From Polyangiaceae bacterium (GTDB lineage: Bacteria; Myxococcota_A; Polyangia; Polyangiales; Polyangiaceae), in contig JAPSGB010000005.1 in the NCBI GenBank assembly GCA_035063585.1, positions 96,001-160,000 on the forward strand: a stretch of DNA of 64,000 nucleotides. Direction: 5' to 3'. The position numbers and the translations under genes were made by a program. Of this stretch, positions 57,838 through 64,000 are shown in pieces (positions within the stretch are counted from its first letter, which is position 1; each line of letters starts with the position of its first letter). The notes beneath the pieces are model-generated. The model worked only from the letters and a program-made list of their open reading frames with translations, had not been told where the DNA came from and searched no databases.

Positions 57838-60024
57838 TCATGCTCTGCTCGCGTCGCTCGTGCGTGGGCGTCGCGTCAAGGAGAGCGCCGTCTCGACGAT
57901 CTCATCTTCGGAGACCAGGACCAGGCGCGCGGCGTCCCCGAGCGGAACGAAGCAGTCGGCCGAGGTGACGCGCGCGAACGAGATCGGTGCGCGGGCGTCC
58001 AGGAGCGCCGCCGCGATGCCCTCCGAGACGTTGCCGGTCCTCCGGCACTCATCGACCACGAGCAGCCGCTCGGTGTCGCGCGCGTGGTGGAGGATGTCCG
58101 CGACCGGGAGCGGGGAGAGCCAGCGGAGGTCGAGCACCCGCGCCCTGATGCCGTGCTCACGCTCGAGGCGCCGCGCGGCGCGGAGGCTCATCGCGACTCC
58201 GTTGCCGAAGGTTGCGATGACCAGGTCTCGCGAGGCCTCGCGATAGACGCGCGCCCGCCCATACGGCGCCGCGCCGAGCGGGGCGCGCGCGAGCCACTCG
58301 CCGTCGCCCTCTTCGGCGAGGTCACGGGTGTGGTAGAGCGCGATGGGCTCGATGCTCACGACGACGCGGCGCGCCTCGCGCGCGAGCGCGAGCCCGGTCC
58401 GGTAGAGCTCGATGGCGTCGTCGGCGCGCGCCGGCACGAAGACGTCGACCTCGGGGATGTCGCGGAGGACGCCGACGGAGTCGTCGTTGTGGAAATGCCC
58501 GCCGAAGCCCTTCTGATAGGCGAGCCCGGCGATCCGCACCAGCATGGGGTTGTCGTAGGCTCCATTCGAGAAAAACCTCATCGTGGAGGCCTCTCCACGG
58601 AGCTGATCCTCGGCGTTGTGGAGGTAGGCGAGGTACTGGATCTCGGGGATGGGCAGCAGCCCGAGCGTGGCCGTGCCGAGCGCGAGTCCGAGGATGGTCT
58701 GCTCGTCGAGCAGCGTGTTGAACACCCGGGCCGGGCCCGCCTTGGCGAGCAACCCCTTGGTGATCCCGTAGACCCCCCCCTTCTTGGCGACATCTTCACC
58801 GAAGACGAGCGCCTCGGGATACCGCTCGAGCGCCTCGCCGAGGACGGCGTTGAGCCCTTGGGCGAGCGTCAGCGGTTCGGCGGCGAGGGGCCGAAGCTCG
58901 CGGGTCGCCTCGGCTCCGACGCTCGCACCGGGCGCGATGGCGAGCGGCGCCGCTACCTCCTCGCGGGTGACTAGCCGCGGCCGCGAGGCGGCAATGTCCG
59001 CCGCCTCGCGAACGCGCGCGCTCACCTCTGCGTCCATCGCCAGGACTTCACGGGATTCCAGGTGACCCGCGGCGACCAGCGCCATCGCCGCCGTGAGCAC
59101 CGGGTCCCGCGCTTCGGCGGCGGAGAGCTCTGCGGGAGTCCGATAGACGCTGTCCACGTCGCTGCCGGCGTGCCCGAGCAGGCGAGCGCAGCGCATGTGG
59201 AGCACCGCTGGCGTTCGCGTGCGCCGGACGTGCGTCACGGCTGCGCTCGCCTCTCGCCACATCGCCTCGAGCTCCCACCCGTCCGCCGTGAAGTAGGCGA
59301 GGTGCGGCAAACTCCTGAGCCGCTCCTCCACCCACCCGGTCGGAGTGCGCGTGCTGATCCCGAGGCCGTTGTCTTCGCAGACGAAGAGGACGGGCAGCTT
59401 CAGGTTCTGATGCGCCGTCCACGACGCCGCGTTCAGCGCGCCGAGCGCCGTGCTGTGGTTCAGGCTCGCGTCGCCGAAGCTCGCGAGCGCGATGGCGTCG
59501 GCTCCGCCCGCCGGCTCGAGCCCCAGGCGCGGGCGGCGGTCGAGGGCGAACCCGAGCCCGACGGCGCGGGGCAGGTGCGAGGCGATGGTGCTGGTCGACG
59601 GGATGATCCCGAGCGGTTTTCCGCCGAAGACCTTGTGGCGGCCGCCGCACACGGGATCCTCGCTGGAAGCGACGAGCCCGAGGAGGATTTGGCGCGCCGG
59701 GTCGAGGCCGGCGACCTGACGCGCGCGCTCCACCACGAGCGCGCCGCTTCGATAGTGGAGGAGCGCAGGATCGTCAGGTCGGGTCAGGCGTCCGAGCACC
59801 ACGTTCCCTTCGTGACCCGAGCTGCAGATGGTGTAGTGCCCAACCCCGCGAGCCCGGAGTTCGTGGGCGGCGACGTCGAGGTGTCGGGTGAGGAGCATCG
59901 ACTCGAGGAGCTCGCGAGCCATCGTCACGTCGAGGCTCGTCGGGACGCGGCTGGGCTGGGCACCGGCTCGGGTGAGCTCGTCGCGGAACCTCGTGACCAA
60001 GCGATGCACGCGCTCGAGGGACAT
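57838..60024 (-). CDS. Fused 2-oxoacid dehydrogenase E1 alpha+beta (TPP-dependent)
   Basis: SSGHE, GDAS...EDN TPP motif, GHAGSD; FGEDV..KGGVY, FNT.LDE, EIQYLAY, GGHFH, DLRWLSPL. Start set at ATG 60024. Confidence 0.92.
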   Translation of the reverse strand: MSLERVHRLVTRFRDELTRAGAQPSRVPTSLDVTMARELLESMLLTRHLDVAAHELRARGVGHYTICSSGHEGNVVLGRLTRPDDPALLHYRSGALVVERARQVAGLDPARQILLGLVASSEDPVCGGRHKVFGGKPLGIIPSTSTIASHLPRAVGLGFALDRRPRLGLEPAGGADAIALASFGDASLNHSTALGALNAASWTAHQNLKLPVLFVCEDNGLGISTRTPTGWVEERLRSLPHLAYFTADGWELEAMWREASAAVTHVRRTRTPAVLHMRCARLLGHAGSDVDSVYRTPAELSAAEARDPVLTAAMALVAAGHLESREVLAMDAEVSARVREAADIAASRPRLVTREEVAAPLAIAPGASVGAEATRELRPLAAEPLTLAQGLNAVLGEALERYPEALVFGEDVAKKGGVYGITKGLLAKAGPARVFNTLLDEQTILGLALGTATLGLLPIPEIQYLAYLHNAEDQLRGEASTMRFFSNGAYDNPMLVRIAGLAYQKGFGGHFHNDDSVGVLRDIPEVDVFVPARADDAIELYRTGLALAREARRVVVSIEPIALYHTRDLAEEGDGEWLARAPLGAAPYGRARVYREASRDLVIATFGNGVAMSLRAARRLEREHGIRARVLDLRWLSPLPVADILHHARDTERLLVVDECRRTGNVSEGIAAALLDARAPISFARVTSADCFVPLGDAARLVLVSEDEIVETALSLTRRPRTSDASRA

Positions 60025-60266
60025 CGGCTCCGGAAATAGCGCCGTCCTCGCGGGCTGCCAATCCCGGTGGTGCCGCGCGGGCTTGTCGGGTCGCGTGAAG
60101 GAGGACACTCTTGCGGCGTGGCCCAGACGACGAGCCGAAACGGCGAGGTGGGGACGTCTCCCGCGGCCCACCTCGGGCGTCCTGCCGCCATCGGTGCGCC
60201 CACCGTGACGGGAGCTGGGGTCGCCCGCTCGTGACCTCGGCTGGTGAGACGCCGCCCGGGGCGCCC

Positions 60267-61976
60267 ATGAGCGAGGAGCCGACCATCGTCGAGCGCCCGC
60301 TCGCGAGCGCGCCGGCCCACGACCGGGAGCTCACCGGCGGGACGGCGCATGGGACCCGCGGCTCGTCAGGGACGCTCACGTTCCACACTGGAATCACCGC
60401 GGCGCCGCTCATCTTGCGGAGTGAGGAGGTCGCGCGCGCTCACGCGCTGGTGCGCCTCGTCGCGCTGGTAGGAGGGTCTGCGCTGGTCGCCATCTGGCTC
60501 CCGGAGCGCATCTCGCCCGGACGCTGGGTCGCGACCATCGTGGTCACGGCGACCATCCTGCTCTCGCTGTTCTTGAGCGTCGAGTTCCGGGACGCCGAGC
60601 GGTTCACCGAGCGCAAGATGCTCACGCACGGGCTCGCGTGCGTCGCCTCGATCCTGTCGGTCGTATTCTACGTGGGGGTCTATTCGCCCGCGGTAACCGC
60701 GCTGTGCGTCGGCATCTATTTCTTCGGGCTCGGAGACTCCCCGCGCTCCGGCTGGATGATCTATCTCGCCTGCTCGTTCGGCTACCTCGCGCTCTGCGTG
60801 CTCGCCATCTCCGGGCTCATCGACCTGTCCGCGTCGGTCATGGGGCTCGCCCATGCGGACGTTCCCTCGCAGCTCGCCAATGCGCTCGTGATTCAGGTCC
60901 TGCTCGCGCTCACCTTCTGGCTCGGGCGCAAGAGCCGGGGGGCGACGTTGATGGCTTTCGAGCGCCTCGAGCGCGCCGCTCTGCAGATCAAGCAGCGAGA
61001 AGCCTTGCTCGACGAGGCGCGCGCCGACATGGATCGCGTCAACGCGGTCAAGGTCGGCCGCCACAGCGGAACCCGCGTCGGAGACTACGAGGTCATCGAG
61101 CTCATCGGGCGGGGCGCGATGGGCGAGGTGTACCGTGGTCGTCACGTGCCCTCCGAGCGGCCGGTGGCCCTGAAGTTCCTCGGGCTCGCGGCCATGGAAG
61201 AGCCGGCGCAGTTCGAGCGTTTCCTGCGCGAGGCGGAGATCACGAGCGCCATCAGCTCTCCACACATCGTGCAAACGCTCGAGAGCGGGCGCCTCCCGGA
61301 CGGGAGCCCGTACCTCGTGATGGAGCTCCTCGAAGGGCACGATCTCGCCTGGCACCTCCGCGCTCACCAGCGCATGGGCATGTCGGCCGTGCTCACGCTC
61401 GTCGCCGAGGTCGCGCAGGCGCTCTCCGCAGCCGACGAGCTAGGCGTCGTCCACCGAGATCTCAAGCCGCAGAACCTGTTTCTCGCCGAAGGGCGCGACC
61501 GGAGCCGGTGGAAGGTGCTCGACTTCGGTGTCTCCAAGATGGGCGAGGCCGCCTCGAACCTGACCCAAGGTGCGGCGGTCGGGACGCCGAGCTACATGTC
61601 GCCCGAGCAAGCCCGCGGAGAAGACGTCGATCATCGCGCGGACGTCTTCGCGCTCGGGGTCGTCGCCTATCGCGCGCTCACCGGCCAGCCACCGTTCACC
61701 GCCTCGGACAGCATCTCGACCCTCTACAACGTCGCGCACGTGCAGCCGCCGCGGCCGTCCGGGCTGGTCCGGGTGACCGAGGACGTCGAGCGCGTCCTCG
61801 CATTGGCGCTCGCCAAGGACCGCTCGCGTCGCTTCGCCTCGGCCACCATGTTCGCGACCGCGCTCCGCGACGGGGTGCGACATCGGCTCGACGAGCGCCT
61901 GCGCCGCGACGCCGATCGGCTCCTGCTCGAACAACCATGGGGAGCCGACACGCTCGTGGCCAAGCGTTCGGCGTGA
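60267..61976 (+). CDS. Ser/Thr protein kinase with N-terminal multi-pass membrane domain
   Basis: About six TM helices, then GRGAMGEVY, VALK, HRDLKPQN, DFG, GTPSYMSPEQ. Confidence 0.92.
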   Translation: MSEEPTIVERPLASAPAHDRELTGGTAHGTRGSSGTLTFHTGITAAPLILRSEEVARAHALVRLVALVGGSALVAIWLPERISPGRWVATIVVTATILLSLFLSVEFRDAERFTERKMLTHGLACVASILSVVFYVGVYSPAVTALCVGIYFFGLGDSPRSGWMIYLACSFGYLALCVLAISGLIDLSASVMGLAHADVPSQLANALVIQVLLALTFWLGRKSRGATLMAFERLERAALQIKQREALLDEARADMDRVNAVKVGRHSGTRVGDYEVIELIGRGAMGEVYRGRHVPSERPVALKFLGLAAMEEPAQFERFLREAEITSAISSPHIVQTLESGRLPDGSPYLVMELLEGHDLAWHLRAHQRMGMSAVLTLVAEVAQALSAADELGVVHRDLKPQNLFLAEGRDRSRWKVLDFGVSKMGEAASNLTQGAAVGTPSYMSPEQARGEDVDHRADVFALGVVAYRALTGQPPFTASDSISTLYNVAHVQPPRPSGLVRVTEDVERVLALALAKDRSRRFASATMFATALRDGVRHRLDERLRRDADRLLLEQPWGADTLVAKRSA

Positions 61977-61988
61977 CGCGCGCGGGGG

Positions 61989-62090
61989 TCAGCGCGCCGA
62001 CTTGGCGCGCCCGCCGCGCGGCGGCGACTGTGACGATGCGACTCGGGCTATGGGCGGGGCTCAGCGCGCCGACTTGGCGCGCCCGCCGCG
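61989..62090. repeat. Two 30-bp direct repeats (period 72) with an internal hairpin; the second copy is the 3' end of recN
   Basis: TCAGCGCGCCGACTTGGCGCGCCCGCCGCG at 61989-62018 and 62061-62090; each contains GCGCGCC-GACTT-GGCGCGC. Confidence 0.9.
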
Positions 62091-63815
62091 GGCCGGCCGG
62101 CGCGGGCGCGGCGCGTCCGCGTTCGCCCGGGTCGCCTCGAGCGCCGCGACCCTGAGCTGCCTCGCGTGCTCCCGCGCGGAGTCGGTGATCTTTGCGCCGC
62201 CGAGCATCCGCGCGAGCTCCTCCGCGCGCTCGTCGTCCGAGAGGCGCAGGACCCGAGTCACCGTGCGCCCCGCTTCGGTGTGCTTCATGACGCGAAAGTG
62301 CGCGTCGGCAAAGGCCGCGATCTGCGGGAGGTGGGTGATGCAGAGCACCTGATGGTTGGCCGCGGCGTGGCGCAGCCTGAGGCCGATGGCCTCGGCCACC
62401 GCGCCGCCGACCCCCGCGTCCACTTCATCGAAGACGTAGGTCGCCACGCGGTCGCCGCCGCCGAGCACGTTCTTCAGCGCCAGCAGCACGCGCGAGAGCT
62501 CGCCGCCCGACGCGACCCGACTGAGCGGCGCGAGCGGCTCCCCGGGGTTCGCGGAGAAGAGGAGCTCCACGCGGTCGAGCCCGCGCGGACCAGGCTCGTC
62601 GTCCTCCGCCGGCTCCACGCGGGCGGCGAGACGCGCGGAGGCGATGTGCAGCGCGGCGAGCTCCGCCTCGAGGGCGCGCGCGAGCCCGTGCGCCGCGGCC
62701 TCCCGCGCCGCGCGCAGCTCGAGCGCCCGCGCGACGCAGCGTCTCCGCAGCTCGAGCGCCTGCTGCTCGAGCGCGCCGAGCCGCTCCTCCACGTGCTCGA
62801 GCGCGTCGAGCTCCTCGCGCATCGCGTCGCGGCGAGAGAGGAGCGCATCCGGCTCGACGCCGTGCTTTCTCCGGAGTGACTCGAGCTCGTGGAGGCGCTC
62901 CTCGGCGCGCTCGAGCTCCGCCGGATCCAGCTCGAGCTCGTCGCCGAAGCGAGCGGCGAGCTGCGCGGCCTGCTCGACCGCGGCCTGCGCCGCCGAGAGC
63001 TCTTCGACGACGGCGCAGAGCCGCGGCGACTCTTCCGCTCCGCGCCGCGCGCGCTCGAGCAGGCCCGCGATCCGCATGGCGACCGAGTCTTCCGCCTCGT
63101 AGAGCTGGTCCTGAGCATCTCGGGCGAACTCCACCCACCGGCGCGCGTCACCGAGCAGGGCGACCCGCTGGCGAAGCGTCGTGTGCTCGCCCGGTTCGGG
63201 CGCGACCCGATCGATCTCGTCGATCTGAAACCGGAGGTAGTCCGCCCGCGAGCCGCCCTCCGCCGCGCGCGCGCCGAGGGCCTCGATGGCCGCCCGCGCC
63301 TCGCGATACTCGCGATATTCGCGCCCATACTCGCCGACCTGCTGGTCGAGGTGGGCGTACCCGTCGAGGAGCTCGAGGTGGCGCGCCACGTTGACGAGCG
63401 AGTGGTGCTCGTGCTGACTGCAGATGTCGATGAGGAGCTCGCCGAGCTCGCCGAGCACGCCTTGGGTGGTGAGCTCGGCTTGAACCAGGCTGCGTCCGCG
63501 CCCGCTGGCTGGTACGACGCGCTGAACCACGAGCGCGTTCGCGTCGCTACGAGGGAGACCGTGGGCGCATAGGATCTCGCTCGCGCGGGCGGCGAGCGGC
63601 GCGGGGAGCTCGAACTGGGCGTCCACCGTGGCGGCTTCCTCGCCGCTCCGCACGAGGTCCGCGCGACCGCGCGCGCCGCGCAGGAGCGTGAGGGCGTCGA
63701 CGATGATGGATTTGCCGGCGCCAGTCTCGCCGGTGAGCACGTTCATGCCCGGAGCGAGCTCGAGTGACACGTCGTCGAGCAGCGCGAGCCCTCGGACTCT
63801 CAAATAGGACAGCAT
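62061..63815 (-). CDS. recN: DNA repair protein RecN
   Basis: LTGETGAGKSI, QHEH, FSANPGEP...VASGGELSR, FDEVDAGVGG, CITHLPQIAA, ELARMLGG. Confidence 0.97.
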   Translation of the reverse strand: MLSYLRVRGLALLDDVSLELAPGMNVLTGETGAGKSIIVDALTLLRGARGRADLVRSGEEAATVDAQFELPAPLAARASEILCAHGLPRSDANALVVQRVVPASGRGRSLVQAELTTQGVLGELGELLIDICSQHEHHSLVNVARHLELLDGYAHLDQQVGEYGREYREYREARAAIEALGARAAEGGSRADYLRFQIDEIDRVAPEPGEHTTLRQRVALLGDARRWVEFARDAQDQLYEAEDSVAMRIAGLLERARRGAEESPRLCAVVEELSAAQAAVEQAAQLAARFGDELELDPAELERAEERLHELESLRRKHGVEPDALLSRRDAMREELDALEHVEERLGALEQQALELRRRCVARALELRAAREAAAHGLARALEAELAALHIASARLAARVEPAEDDEPGPRGLDRVELLFSANPGEPLAPLSRVASGGELSRVLLALKNVLGGGDRVATYVFDEVDAGVGGAVAEAIGLRLRHAAANHQVLCITHLPQIAAFADAHFRVMKHTEAGRTVTRVLRLSDDERAEELARMLGGAKITDSAREHARQLRVAALEATRANADAPRPRRPARGGRAKSAR

Positions 63816-63878
63816 GCGCGCGTGCCGTCCTAGCAGACGCGCTCTTCGCTGGGAATCGGGCGCCGCCTCGGCGCAAAA

Positions 63879-64000
63879 TCAGCGCGAGCCGCGCGCCGCC
63901 GCGAGCTTCCAGAGCTCGGACCCGGTGACGCTGAGCGCGCCTGCGGCCGCCGCCAGGGCCGCGTAGAGAGGGTTCGGAGCGGCGAACCGAAAGAGCCGGG
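63879..64000 (-). CDS. 3' end of a gene entering from outside the window, probably a cation-transporting P-type ATPase
   Basis: RLFRFAAPNPLYAALAAAAGALSVTGSELWKL...* resembles the last helix (LF.F....E..K) of type II P-type ATPases; only 39 codons are visible. Confidence 0.5.
   Translation of the reverse strand, partial: RLFRFAAPNPLYAALAAAAGALSVTGSELWKLAAARGSR

Noticed and set aside
61989..62090. CRISPR array interpretation of the palindromic 30-bp repeat with a 42-bp spacer
   Set aside because: Only two copies, one overlaps the recN coding end, and there are no cas genes or AT-rich leader.

Overview
Very GC-rich bacterial chromosomal window. Gene content (PilB, several Ser/Thr kinases, an FHA protein, a TIGR04563-type small protein, Cys-rich repeat lipoproteins, FG-GAP and Sel1 lipoproteins) points to a myxobacterium, probably Polyangiaceae/Sorangiineae (inference). 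I call about 52 CDS, one tRNA-Leu(GAG), one decayed IS1380-family transposase and one possible gene remnant. Recognisable genes: pilB (5' part), moeB-rhodanese, MarR-ClC, a Cys/Met PLP lyase, DUF4178-speE-like, glpA/glpB-like, acnA, ctpA, a permuted LeuD-LeuC fusion, a slyD-DUF1844-htrA-ECF sigma/anti-sigma cluster, a fused 2-oxoacid dehydrogenase E1 and recN. Best candidates for novelty: (1) a lipoprotein with a compact N-terminal domain carrying MACPF-like motifs fused to Sel1-like repeats, divergent from an orphan lipoprotein; (2) two divergent Cys-rich repeat paralogues sharing a 59/62-bp inverted repeat that could swap their C-termini in frame; (3) a spermidine-synthase homologue lacking the canonical active-site residues; (4) a sensor protein with no ATPase domain coupled to a complete kinase; (5) a recurring TANNNT box 6-8 nt before start codons, suggesting many leaderless mRNAs. 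All family assignments come from motif reading by eye; no database search was run.
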